Part shown: one piece after another, positions 38,843-50,912 of the stretch
Layout: each line of letters begins with the position of its first letter
How positions within the stretch are numbered: position 1 is the stretch's first letter
Assembly: GCF_036321535.1 (NCBI RefSeq)
Contig: NC_087444.1
Coordinates: 69,254,001-69,318,000 of the forward strand
Reading direction: 5' to 3'
Source: Camelus dromedarius
Taxonomy: Eukaryota
DNA length: 64,000 nucleotides
Notes under the pieces: model-generated
What the model was told of the DNA's origin: nothing
The model's database searches: none
The model's input: only the letters and a program-made list of their open reading frames with translations
Program-made: the position numbers and the translations under genes

Positions 38843-41800
38843 GCTCCTGTCTCTCTCTCTCTGTCTTTCTCTGCTTCTATGTTTTTCTTTCTCTGTCATT
38901 ACTTTGTATCTGTCTCCCTTTCTGTCTTTCTATCTTTCTCTTCTAGTAATTCTGTGCCTGTCAGAAGAGATCAGAATTTGCTACAGTAACAACCATCCCC
39001 CAAACTTAGTGACTTTGAGCAACAAAGGATTATTTTTGTTCATACTTCACATTGACCTGGTAAATGATGGGTGAGGGCGCCCTGCTCTGTGCTGTCTTCA
39101 CTCAGCCTCTGTTTCTTTTCCCACAGTTCCCCCAACAATTTTCTTTTTGTGTATGTGTGTGTGGGGAGGTAATTAGGTTTATTTATTCATTTATTTATTT
39201 TTAATGGAGGTACTGGGGATTGAACCCAGGACCTCACACATGCCAGGTATGCACACTGCACTATACCCTGCCCCAACCCTTTTCTACAATAGGGAACAGA
39301 ACATGGAGAGTCATGCACTGGCTTTAAGGCTTCCACCCAGGAGTGCTCACATGTCATTGGCCAAAGCTAAGTTCCAGCTGTCATGACTGCCGCAATCTCT
39401 GTCTTTGTCCCTGTCTCTCTGTCTCTGTCATCACTTTGTCATCTGTCTCTGTTTCTGTCTGTCCCTGTGGTTCAGCCTCCATCCATCAATTCCTGCCTGT
39501 ATCATTTTCCTTGGAAGATCTGACTTAATTCAGGGACAGAGAGAAGGCTTCCATGTTTTTGGCGTGTATATGTCTGGGGGAAGATTTGGGGGTTGCTGGT
39601 AAATGCAACAAAACCTAGCCTATCTTTAGTCCTTCAAGAAAGACAGAGAGACACAAAGTGATGACAGACACAGAGAGAAATGGACAGAGGCTCTTCCCCG
39701 CCTTTGCTGAGGCCTTTGGCGATCTCATGATTGCTAAAGTAAGTGAGCTTTGCTCACCCCAGTGAGCTTGGGACTAGGGATCCCAGGAAACCCCCGGCTG
39801 TGGGAAGACCCCAGGTCCAGCTTGGTTCCCTCTCATGGCAGCAGCCCCATCCCCTTCCCTCCTCAGCCTTGCCCTGACCCCAGACTCTCTGCCCCACACA
39901 GAACAAACCATGGAAGAAGCTGAAGACTGTTCTGAAATATTCGCCCTTTGTGGTCTCCTTCCGAAAACACTACCCTTGGGTCCAGCTGTCTGGACACTCT
40001 GGTAAGAGCATTAGGGAGAAGGGAGGGCAGGGGGCAGGCAGGGCTAGGCAGAGACGCCTGGGCTGGGGAAGGGACTGCTCTTTGTACTTTAGTTTCCCCG
40101 TCTGTAAAATGGGCTTGGTGACCGTCTCCAGGGGGCTGAGGGAGCTGTTATTGGAAGTACTTAGGCCTGGGCTGGGCCATTCGTACATCAGAGACAGGAT
40201 GGAGGGCTGTTCCCTGTTACTCCTGTGTTGGGAATCGGGGACAAATCTTCAACCAGGGGGAAAGACGGGCCTGGGCTCAAATCCTAGTTGTGCTCTTTAT
40301 TAGTGGATGACCCTGGGCAAGTTACTTTCCCTCACCGGTCTTCAGTGTCCTCCTTTGTAATATGAGATAATTGTACCCCCCTTGCAGGGTAAACTGAAGG
40401 GTTAACATCAAAATGTGTATCAAGATTGAGAGACAGGTCCCTCATAAACGACAATTTTCAGTCCCTATCATCGCCCTGTGTCAGAGAAGGGTAGGCCCCC
40501 AGTAAGAAACAGCTATAAGGGTTTTCCTCCAGAACCTAGCACAATGTCTATAACACTGTAGCACAAGGCCGAGCATATAGTACTTTTGGGAAAGGGCTGG
40601 ACAATGAGTATAAACTACTCAACTTTACTATTGCAGCATGAAAGCAGCCACAGGTAATTCAGAAACGTGAGCGTGTCTGTGTTCCAATAAAGCTTTGTTT
40701 ACAAAAACAAGCAGTGGGCTGGACTAGACAGACTGTACCTACCAGCAGAGGGAGGCAGGAAGGGAACTTATCTGCCTGTTCATCCTTAGAGCTGAGCCAG
40801 AGAAAGGCAAGGGCCCCCTCAAACTGAAAACACAGGCCAGCCGTCTGTATGTATCCCAGTTACTATTGCTGAGTTAAAAAAACAAAAAAACAAAAAATGG
40901 AAAACTCAAAACTTAGCAGCGTTTTAAAAAAAAATCACAATTTAGTGGAATAAAACAAGGATTTTATTACACTCACAGGTTTGGGGTCAGGAATTCAGAC
41001 AGGGCATGGCAGGGATGGCTTGTGGCTGCTCTGCAATACCTGGGAATTCAGCTAGGACAACTTGAAGGCTGCAAGCTGAAAATGTTTGGAGGTTCATTCA
41101 CTCACACGCCAGGCAGTGGATACTGGTTACTTGCTGGTTCTCAGCTGGAAAGCCTGTATGTGGCTTTTCTTTGTGGCTGTTTGGGCTTCCTCACAATGAG
41201 GTGGCCTCAGAGCAGTCAGGTTTCTTACATGGCAGCTCAGAGCTGCAAAGGTGTCTCTGCCAACAAAGTGGAAGCTGATCCCCTGTTTAAGACTTAGACT
41301 CTGAAGTTACTTCTGGCATAAGCCCTCTCAGATTCAAAGGGAGAAAAATTAGATTCCACTTCTTTTTTAATTGAAATAGTTGATTTACAATGTTGTGCTA
41401 ATTTCCGGTATATAGATTCCACTTCTTGCTGTGAGTGGCAGAATTCTAGAAGAGCATGATGTGGGACATGAACTACTGTTGCAGCCGTCTTTGGAAAATA
41501 TAATCTGAAAATACAATCTGCCTCAATGAGAATTTGTAATTCTAAGCTACACTAACTATCTACATGGCTCAGGAAATGCCAGATTTGTAACTTAACTTAA
41601 GGTCCTGATTGTTAGCACTCTGGGACTCCAGGCAGAAGCAAATGCAAATCTGCTCTGGGGAGTCATGCTCTTAACTCAGATCTCACAAAAAATTCCCACA
41701 GCTGATGGTGAGTTCATAATCCAAAATTATAAAACCAATGACACAATCATTGGTGTTGTGAAAAGGACCCTGTTCAAACAAAATGCAGAAATAGGCCCTT

Positions 41801-44800
41801 CCTTCACCACCTCTGGCCCAGATTTTGAGAGTTGCAGGGAAGGGAAGTATTGTGGAAGGGTCAGGCAAAATGATGATGGCGAGGATCTGATACATATGAG
41901 AGATGGGGGGGAGTCTTGCTCATCCAGTTTCTAACCCTCTCCTTGACTGCTGCTCATAGGGAACTTCCAGGCAGGAGAGGATGGTTGGATTCTAAAGCGT
42001 TTCTGTCAGTGTGAGCAGCGGAGCCTGGAGCAGCTGATGCGGGACCCCCTGCGGCCTTTCGTGCCAGCCTACTATGGCATGGTGCAGCGGGATGGCCAGG
42101 CCTTCAACCAGATGGAAGATCTCCTGGCAGACTTTGAAAACCCCTCCATCATGGACTGCAAGATGGGCAGCAGGTGGGTTCAGGGGCAGCCATGGGGCAG
42201 AGGTGGAGGGTCAGGTGGGCATTTTTGAAGATAGCGCCAAGCTGATCTTCAAAATGGTTCTACCAGCATCTTTTCCCACCAACAGTGTGTGAGAGTTCCA
42301 GTTGTTCTGTCTTCTTATCAACACTTCATATTACCTGTTATATCACTTTTAGCCCTTCTGGTGAATGTCTCATTATGGTTTTAATGTCTGTTTCTCTGAT
42401 GACCAAAGAAGTGGAGCATTGGTTGACAACTTGGATATCCTCTTTGGAAAAGTGTCCATTTTAATATTTTGCCCACCTTTCTTTTCGGCTGTCTGTCTTT
42501 TTCTTTGTGTTATAAAGATTTGTAATTCTTTATATATTTTAGAAATAAGTCCTTTGCTGGAGATACACACACACACACACACACACACACCCATCCTACA
42601 ACTCTCCCATTTCATTCTCTTAATAATATCTTTTGATAAACAGACGTACCTTTTTTTTTTTCTGTCTACCCTTATGTCCATGAACTTTTTTTTTTTAATT
42701 AAAGTGTAGTTGATTTATAATGTTAGTTTCAGGTGTACAGCAAAGTGATTCAGTTATATATATACATACTTTCAATTTTGGATTATTTTCCATTATATGT
42801 TATTACAAGAAGTTGAATATAGTTCCCTGTGCTATACAGTAGGTCCTTGGTGTTTTTTTTTTTTTTAATACTTTAAATTTAATACAGTTTGTCAATTTTG
42901 TCCATGATGATTAGTAGCTTTGTATTTAAAAAATCTGTTACTCCAAGGTCATGAAGGTCTTCTCCTATGTTTTCTTCTATAAGCTTTGTTTTAACTTTCA
43001 CATTTAGCTCTGCAATCCATCTAGAATGAATTTTTCTATATGGTGTGAGGTAGGAATCGAGGTTCTTTTTTTTTTTCTCCCTCCCCATATCCTATTGACC
43101 TAGCACCATTTGTTGAAAAGATTTCCCTTTCTACACTGAATTGCAGTGCCCTCCTTGTCATAAATTGGGTGAATGTAGATGTGTGTGTCTGTTTGTGAAC
43201 TCTGTTCCAGTCTATCGATCTATTTGTCTGTTCTTGTGCCACACTGTAGTTTTATAATATGCCTTGATATCAGGGAGTATAAGTCCTCCAGCTTTGTTCT
43301 TCATAATTTCTTCTGTGACACCCTCCTTGTCCCAGGACCTACCTGGAGGAGGAGCTGGTGAAGGCACGAGAACGGCCCCGGCCCCGCAAAGACATGTATG
43401 AGAAGATGGTGGCTGTGGACCCCGGGGCCCCCACCCCCGAGGAACATGCCCAGGGTGCAGTCACCAAGCCCCGCTACATGCAGTGGCGGGAGACCATGAG
43501 CTCCACCTCCACCCTGGGCTTCCGGATCGAGGGCATCAAGGTGAGGGCCAGGAGCTGCTAGCCTGCCTGTCTCTAGAGGGCTTGGAGCTAGATCTGAGGC
43601 AGGGCTTCCTAGGGAACCAGGGTGTCAGAGAAACTGGAAAGAAGCAAGATCTGGAGAGAGAGCAGGAGACTTCGGAGGATGGAAGGACTGGGGCTAGGAG
43701 AGGCCCTGCTTCTCTCTCACCCACGTGTCCATCAGTGACCAAGTTTTGTTTATCTGTCTGCCTGAGCATCTCTCCATTCCATCTTCTTTTCCCCTTCCCA
43801 AGGCTCTGTTTGCCTCCGGCCCCATCTTCTCCGGCCCTCGTCTCCCTGGGCTTCCAGACCCTGGCCTCACCCCCTCTGACCATCATCCAACACAGCAGCT
43901 GGAGGGGCTTTTTCCTCGTTATGGAGAAAAATTTTCTGTTTTCTTCTTTCTTTTCTCCCTTCCTTCCTTCCTTCCTTCCTTCCTTCCTTCCTTCCTTCCG
44001 TGAATTAAATCTAGTTGTTTGAATAGCTATTTCCACAGTTCGAAAGTCAAAATAATATTATAAAAGGGTATATAGGAGAAATCTCTCTCCCAGCCCTGTT
44101 GCTGTCCTTCCCATTCTGTCCCACCAACCCCCGCCTCCTCATGGGAAAGCACTTTATCATTTTTTTATATTTTTTCCTGTATATGCAAACAAATGCAATT
44201 GTACGTACTAAATTTTCCTCCCTTTCTTACAAAAGGTGGTATAGTCCTGGAGAGTTTTCCATATCATTTCATAGAGAGATAGGAGACCCTTCCTTCTTTC
44301 CTCCCTCCCTCCCTCCCTTCTTTCCTTCTTTCCTTCCTTCTTTTACAGCTCTATAACAGCTGTTTGTGGCTGTGCCACAGTCCCCTGTAGATGGCACAGT
44401 GAAGTACTTTCATTTGTTAGGTAGAGTCCTGCCCTCTCCTGCTACAGGCCCTCTCCACATGATGTTCCCTGTGCCAGGACTGTCTTCCCCTGGTTGACTC
44501 CCAGTTATTTTCATGTCTCCTTACAAATTTCATTTCCTCCAGTAAGCCCTCCTTGATTTCCACCCTACTAGATCACAGCGTCTCTTTATCTCTTCGTAAC
44601 TCCCTTTACTCCATTATTCTTATCTCCCTTTGTGATGACCTTATTCAATACCTGCCTCCCTCATCTGCTTGTACCTGTCCTGTTATCTCCATGTTACCAG
44701 TGCCCACATGGCACTTTGGCACCAAATGGCAGAATGGCTCAGGGGGCTTCTCTATGCCTCTCTCAGACATAACAAAATATTAGTCTCATTTACTGAGTGC

Positions 44801-47800
44801 TTACTTACTACATGCCAGACACTGTGCGGTGTATCCTGCACACCCAGTCTCCTCTAATCCTTATATCACTTTAGGAGGAAGATACTAACACAATTCCCAT
44901 TTTCCAGTTGAGGAAATCACAGCTGAGGCAGGTGAAGTGACTTGCTTAAGGCTACCCAGCTAGAAAGTAGCAGTCATGATTCAAGGCCAGATCCACCCCT
45001 GCTGTAAAGCCCTCTTGGCTAGACTGGCTCCACCAGGGAGTTCAAGGTTAGACTTGAAGGACTGGTTGCTCAGGAGTATGACTTAGGGCTGGGCAGGTGG
45101 GCTGGCTTCCCTTGGGCAGCAGGTGAGCATAGAGGCAGGTAGGCGGCTCCCAGAGGTGCCTGAGGCTGCTTGGTGTCGGGCGTGGGAAGAAAAAGTCATG
45201 CTACCCCTCATCCTGCAGAAAGCCGACGGGACCTGCAACACTAACTTCAAGAAAACCCAGGAGCTGGAGCAGGTGACAAAGGTGCTGGAGGACTTTGTGG
45301 ACGGAAACCGTGCCATCCTGGTGAGCGGGGCACCCAGCTTAGGACCACCACTGTCATGGTTGCTCCCAAGTCAATGGTCTTTTTCTTTTCTTTCTTTTTT
45401 TTTTTTTATCATGCCATTTCTTTTTTTTAATGGGACTCTTTCATGATCTATTAAGGTGCCTAATTTAGGGCCATGCATACATTGCCACTATGACTTTTTC
45501 TTTAGGGATATCTTCTTTTTTGGGGGGGGGGACGGGAAGGTAATTAGGTTTATTTATTTATTTTAATGGAGGTACTGGGGATTGAGTCCAGGACCTCATG
45601 CATGCTAAGTACACACTCTACCACTGAGCCATACCCTCCCCACAGCAGTCATTTGCTGCGGGCCGAGGCTGGCTGATACTAGCTGGCGTTGCTCACTGTC
45701 TGGCCAGCTGTGGCCTGGCCGGGGCTGGCTGGTCTAGGAGGGCTCTACTCACGTCTGGTGGCTGCCTCACTGTCTCAGCTGATGGCTTGATCCAGTAGGC
45801 TAGCCCGGGCTTGTTCTCATGGTGGAAGCAACCTGCCAAGAGAACAAGTGAAAAATCCAAGCTTCTCGATGGCTAGGCTCAGAATGGCCACCATCCTTCC
45901 TGCCATGTTCTTCTGGCCAAAGCAAGTCATAATGACCAAAGCCTAGATTCTAAGGGAAAGCCTCCACCTCTTGGTGAGAGGAGCTGCTAGGAATTGTGGG
46001 TATTCTGTAATCTACTGAGCACACTCTTGTCTGTGCCATGCGCCCACCCCCACCTGCCATTTCCCCATGGCTCCCCTCATCCCATCCTGGCTGGGGTCTG
46101 CCTGCTTCTTCTGGGGGTGCGGAATGAGGTCAGATCTCAAGGTGGGTAAGGACCCACAAAGTCCCTAAGCTAACCAAAAAACCCTCCCTCTCATGCACAG
46201 AGAAAGTACGTGGCACGCCTAGAAGAACTTCGTGAAGCTCTGGAGAACTCCCCCTTCTTCAAGACCCACGAGGTGCGAGCCCCGGCCGCCATGGGGACAA
46301 AGGGCCCTGTGTTTGGGGGCAGTGTCGGGGTCCAGGTGGCACTTAGGAGAAACTGCCGGCAGGGTCACAGGCCAAAGGAGGCCTGGTTTGAGGGTTTGTT
46401 TCTTTACGGTAGAGGCAGCCTTAGGGATTTCAGGGAGGTGGGACAGTTAGGAGCGTGGACTTGAGCCAGGTGGCCTGAGGATGAAGGCTGGCTCTGCTGT
46501 GTGACCCTGGGTATGTGACCTACCTTGTCAGGGCTCAGTTTCCTCCTAACATGGGAGGAACAATAGCACCTTCCTTACAGAGCCACCGAGGTAGAAGACT
46601 GCAGAGCGTTGTTGGGAGTGTAGACCTGCTCTCAGCGCCCAGCTCTTGTGATTATTTTATAATCACAATCATTTACAATGATTGTTCCCTGTGTTCCTGG
46701 TTTGGTGGCTCTCCCCTCCCCCTCTCGTCTCCCTCTGGCAGCCTGTGTCTCTTTGGAAACATTCATCTCTCCGGGCTGTTTCAGAAAGTCTGGGAAGGGG
46801 TGACTTCGCTGTGTATCTCCGCCTCTCCCTCCAAGCCCCTGTCTCTTTCCTGCTATCACTGACTTCTGAAAGGGCACCGATCTGGGAGGCAGGCATTTGA
46901 CTCCCAGCCACCGGAGCCTGGGCAGTGGCTCTGCAGGCCTGTTTCCTGACCCGCAGGATGGGGAAACAGCAGCACCTGCCTCACAGGTGTGGTGAAGGTT
47001 AAGTGGATTAATAAACAGTTAAAGCCCGGCCCACAGTAAACCCTCAGTATGTGCCAACTTTTACTGTCATGTTTGTTATCACCAAAAGTCACCCTCATCA
47101 TCCTCATCACCACCCTCGGGCTTTACACACAAGTCACAAAGAGGAGGCCTGGGGACCCCATCTCTTCTGTCCCCGTTTAGTTTCACCTGCCCAGTGACTT
47201 CACATTTTAAGAGATGAGTTGCCAACATTTAAAACGTGTGAGATTTCACACCAAAATTGAGATTTCCAGTTTCCCCTGGCGTGATGGGAGACGTGGCCAC
47301 GCTGGGCCACTCACCATATGCTGACCTTCTTCTGACAGCCACCTGCTCACCTGCCCAGTCTGGGTTCTCTGGGAATCATGGTGTTTGAAACCCAACTAGT
47401 GAAAGGGACGGGCTTGCAAACGTAGAGTTACATGAAAGGCAAGAATGTATTTCTGAAGAGTGATTTGTTTATTTCGTTTTTTTGGCCAGAAGAGGTGGTA
47501 ATTATGTTTATTTATTTCTTAAGTTTTAGAGGAGGTACTGGGGATTGAACTCAGGACCTCCTGCATGCTAAGCATGCACTCTACCACTTGAGCTATACCC
47601 TCCCCCCAAAAAATGTATTTCTAATTAAACAAAAACAAAAACTAAAAACCCCAGTGTCTACTGAGGACTGTGTGCCAGACCCCACAAGGCACCTTGTGAA
47701 TTGCAGATCATGGAATGCTGCCCTGACCCCAGGATGCAGGGGCTATTATCATCCCCATTCTACAGATGAGGAAACTGAGGCCCGGGGAAAGGAAGCCACT

Positions 47801-49164
47801 GGTCTGGGGTCCCCAGCAGCAATCCACTGGGGCTAATAGTTGATGCCCTTTAGCCACAGGGAGGTATTATCCACTTTCTCAGTCCCCACCGGGCTCCTTT
47901 GACCCAATCAGGATCCTGCTGGCATTTGAGTTGTACCCGAGCTTGAAAAAGGGTAACAATTAAGCTAGTTGTGCATTTGTTTATGTGGGCCACTCTTCTA
48001 AGAGCTTCATCTGGATTAATTCATACTTACAGTAAGCACAACCTTTGAGGTAAATGGTGCTCTCAATCCATCATTTTGACTTTGTAGATGAGGACACAGA
48101 GATTAAGGAGAGGTTAAGTCACTTGCCCAAGGCCACAGAGCCAGTAAGTGGCAGAGCTAGGATCTTTTTTTCTTTAAAGAAAGCTTTATTCACTACATAC
48201 ATCCTAACAATGTTCTGTCAATGAAGCAAGGTCTAAATAAACTTAAAAATCTTTTCAAATACAAAGCAACTTAACAACTAAACTGCCAGCATGTTTGAAA
48301 ACAGAGAACTCAGGAAAGTTTTTTTTTTCCTAACATTCATATAGTTTGTTCTTAACCCCAAAAAGAAGGTTTCACATTTCAAGTTACTAACTTACCTCCG
48401 TAGTGTACGTATGTGAAATGGTTTTGAAACAGCAGGACAGACAGACCATAGATATGAGGCTCATTGCTACTTAACTATGTCACTAACATTTGGGGTTTTT
48501 TGTTTGTTTGTTTTTTGAGGGGTAGGTAAATTATTTATTTGTATTTAGAGGAGGCACTGGGGATTGAACCCAGGACCTCCTGCATGCTAAGCAAGCCCTG
48601 TACCATTTGAGCTATACCCTCCTGCCACCAGCATCTGTTTTTAAGATAGTTTGGTAAATTGCCAGGTTAAGACACCATTTTTCTCCCCTTTTTTCCCTTT
48701 TCTTTCCTCTCTTTTTTTTTTCCTAAATAATTTATAGGCACATGTAAACTACAGTAAGACCCGTGGGCCAGAGTTTCACCCGTGAACCTCTGTGATAATC
48801 GGTTCTTCACTGGAAGGAAAATAAAGCTCAAATTTGAACCCAGGCAGCCTGGCTCCAAAGTTCATGCTGTCAGATACCCTGCTCAGCTGCCTGGAGAAGC
48901 AAGGACCTTGGCCAGTGCCTGCTCCTCCCTTTAACCTCCTGCCTCTCCCTCCCTCTGCAGGTGGTAGGCAGCTCCCTCCTCTTTGTGCACGACCACACCG
49001 GCCTGGCCAAGGTCTGGATGATTGACTTCGGCAAGACAGTGGCCCTGCCTGACCACCAGACGCTCAGCCACCGGCTGCCCTGGGCTGAGGGCAACCGTGA
49101 GGACGGCTACCTCTGGGGCCTGGACAACATGATTCACCTCCTCCAGGGCCTGGCTCAGAGTTGA
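34740..49164 (+). CDS. ITPKC: Inositol-trisphosphate 3-kinase C, complete, 673 aa: join(34740..35864,39902..40001,41960..42173,43336..43540,45219..45320,46201..46272,48961..49164)
   Basis: Exons sum to 2022 nt with an open frame. Starts [19 protein letters not shown]; IPK motifs [13 protein letters not shown] and IDFG present; ends LQGLAQS-TGA. Confidence 0.97.
36880..37260 (+). mobile_element. MIR copies (representative; others near 5800-6010, 24540-24660, 25080-25400, 33890-34000, 48080-48165)
   Basis: MIR core cccattttacagatgaggaaactgaggc. Confidence 0.7.
38809..38842. repeat. (GTT)~11 microsatellite
   Basis: Seen directly. Confidence 0.95.
39140..39274 (-). mobile_element. Vic-1-type SINE
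   Basis: ggggaggtaattaggttt...ggaggtactggggattgaacccagg. Confidence 0.88.
39902..40001 (+). CDS. ITPKC: ITPKC exon 2 (CaM-binding region [15 protein letters not shown])
   Basis: cacag|AAC ... TCT G|gtaaga, 100 nt. Confidence 0.96.
40850..41520 (-). mobile_element. MaLR MLT1-type LTR (related relics near 38950-39110 and 45650-46010)
   Basis: caaaacttagcagc...ggtcaggaattcagacaggg...gggcttcctcacaa...ttcttacatggcagctcag. Confidence 0.7.
41365..41412 (-). mobile_element. 48-nt L1 tail insertion with perfect 15-bp TSD
   Basis: TAGATTCCACTTCTT at 41350-41364 and 41413-41427. Confidence 0.8.
41960..42173 (+). CDS. ITPKC: ITPKC exon 3
   Basis: [39 protein letters not shown]...[10 protein letters not shown], 214 nt. 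Confidence 0.97.
42240..43310 (-). mobile_element. Old L1M ORF2 3' region with younger L1 tail nested (about 42685-42860)
   Basis: Degenerate ORF2 peptides ([22 protein letters not shown]...[12 protein letters not shown]). Confidence 0.85.
43336..43540 (+). CDS. ITPKC: ITPKC exon 4
   Basis: [24 protein letters not shown]...LGFRIEGIK, 205 nt. Confidence 0.97.
43930..44345. repeat. Two (TTCC)n/(TCCC)n pyrimidine tracts
   Basis: About 43960-43998 and 44290-44342. Confidence 0.85.
45219..45320 (+). CDS. ITPKC: ITPKC exon 5
   Basis: [34 protein letters not shown], 102 nt. Confidence 0.96.
45512..45641 (-). mobile_element. Vic-1-type SINE
   Basis: Consensus match with long tail. Confidence 0.9.
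46201..46272 (+). CDS. ITPKC: ITPKC exon 6
   Basis: [24 protein letters not shown], 72 nt. Confidence 0.96.
47457..47607 (-). mobile_element. Vic-1-type SINE with TSD aatgtatttct
   Basis: TSD near 47446 and 47612. Confidence 0.9.
48165..48830 (-). pseudogene. Probable processed retrocopy of an unidentified mRNA 3'UTR, splitting a MIR
   Basis: Minus strand ends ...gtgAATAAAgctttctttaaag-A7; AU-rich non-repeat body; the MIR left half stops at about 48163 and resumes at about 48833. Confidence 0.55.
48496..48626 (-). mobile_element. Vic-1-type SINE nested in the retrocopy
   Basis: Consensus match. Confidence 0.88.
48961..49164 (+). CDS. ITPKC: ITPKC exon 7 (coding part)
   Basis: [11 protein letters not shown]...MIDFGKT...LQGLAQS-TGA. 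Confidence 0.97.
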   Translation: MVGSSLLFVHDHTGLAKVWMIDFGKTVALPDHQTLSHRLPWAEGNREDGYLWGLDNMIHLLQGLAQS

Positions 49165-50423
49165 CCCGCTCGCCCATCCCCAGGTTTATTTATTGGATGG
49201 TGACCATCTGGCTGGAGGGGCCCCGAGATGCGTGGAGGCCTGAGGTTGGCCACAGGGGAGCTGAAGTCCAGGGATGGGAGAGGTTGTGTTGCACACCATG
49301 CAGGACCAGCGTGGAAGATCGAAGGGCCTTTGGAGATCAGGGAGCGCCTAATCTTCCATGACACAGGGGTTGTTAAGAACTGGCAAGGCAGCGTGACCTG
49401 GTTGGGTCCCACCATGAGTCAGAACCAGACTGGGTCCTCTGACCAGCCAGGAAGGGGCTGCAGAGGCTGCAACTAAACCACGCGCCTTGGAAGAACACAA
49501 TGCAGATGCCACAAGGCACAGGTGTGACCTTGGGCCTGTCACCACATGAATGACTGTGATCACTGCCTCCTTGTCAGCCCCTCCCTCTGCAAGCTGGCTC
49601 CCTGTGGGGCCCCGGAGAACCAGACCTTATTTGTGAACAAATGTAAGAGCCATTGGTTCACCACCCAGACTAGTTATGGCCCCAGCTCTTCATCCGGGGG
49701 CGGTGGGCGCTCAGAGTGCCGACTGGCTCTAAGGGTGTGGCCCCACGGGACTGGCCTGGGAGCTGACACTGCTGGGCGGGGCCTCGTTCACCCTGTCCTC
49801 TCCACCTTTGGCCCCATGGCATCCTCCCTACTCCTGGGAGAACTCTGCTGACCCCTGCAGACCAAAACCACGGCCAAGTCCCGCGTCAGCACTGTGACCA
49901 AGCACAACCTCGTTCCTCGGGCACCAACCTCAGCCTCGGGACTTCCTCATCTGCCCTTTACCCTTTTCTGTCTCCTTCCTCCTAGCGGACTAGACTGAGG
50001 TGGCAGGAAGGGCTTTCAGATGGAGAAGCAGGCTTGGGAATCAGCTGCCTCCCTCGGGAGGCACCCATCCCTAACCTCTGCCGTGAAGAGGCCCTGCTTG
50101 GGCCTGAGGCACAGGGTGGGTGGGGCTACTGGCCACGACCTCGGGCCTGCAACCTGGTCCAAACCGAAGACCCCAGCACCCTGAGGTGTCCTTCTCCTGC
50201 ACCTAACTCTGGGTTCCTGGCCTGCAAGGCTGGACGTGGGGAGGACAGGCACCTCCCTCTCCTTAAGCCAAAGCTCTAACGTGGTCTTCCAGGGCCAAGG
50301 TGCGCTCCTTTTCTACCGACCATCTTTACACTTATTTATACGTGGGAGGTAGTTGTTAGGTGGGGCAATGCTGGGGAACAGGAGGCAAAATCACTGCACT
50401 GTCTCCCCCCATGAGGACACCCC

Positions 50424-50429
50424 AATAAA
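50424..50429 (+). terminator. ITPKC poly(A) signal AATAAA
   Basis: About 1.26 kb after the stop, followed by GU/U-rich gttttgtggagtcttctctttt. Confidence 0.8.
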
Positions 50430-50906
50430 CAGCACAGTCAGTTTTGTGGAGTCTTCTCTTTTGCATCATGGGTGTGTGGGCTCAGAACTCATAATCTGAG
50501 CATTAGCGATGGGGCGGTGAGGGGATGACTGGTTTGGGGTGGAGGCAGGCTCAGGGCGGGCAGGTTCATTCACTGGCATCACTGAGCTGCTACTCTGGTG
50601 CCTGGCTCTGTGCAGGGGACGCAGCGGTGGCCAAGACAGCTCAGTTCCTCCCCTTTCAGAGTGGATGCAACACGTATTCATTAAATGATAATCTAACTGT
50701 ATTGGTATTATCTGGTTGAATCTTGTCCCTGCCACTTGCCAGTCATGTGACTTTAGGCCAGTGACTGCACTTCCCCAGGCCAGTCTCTCCATCTGTCAGA
50801 TGGAGAGGATCTAGTACCTTCCTTATGAAGCTGGAGGATTTGATGAATTAACAGGGGTAAAGGGATTGGCGCAAATAACCAGTCTTAGAGGCATTTGCTT
50901 TTTGTT

Positions 50907-50912
50907 TTTAAT
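50907..50912 (-). terminator. Candidate ACTMAP poly(A) signal ATTAAA
   Basis: Plus TTTAAT about 740 nt past the ACTMAP stop; convergent with the ITPKC 3' end. Confidence 0.4.

Noticed and set aside
42879-43242. L1 ORF2-like peptides
   Set aside because: Frameshifted, degenerate fragments of an old L1; not a functional gene.
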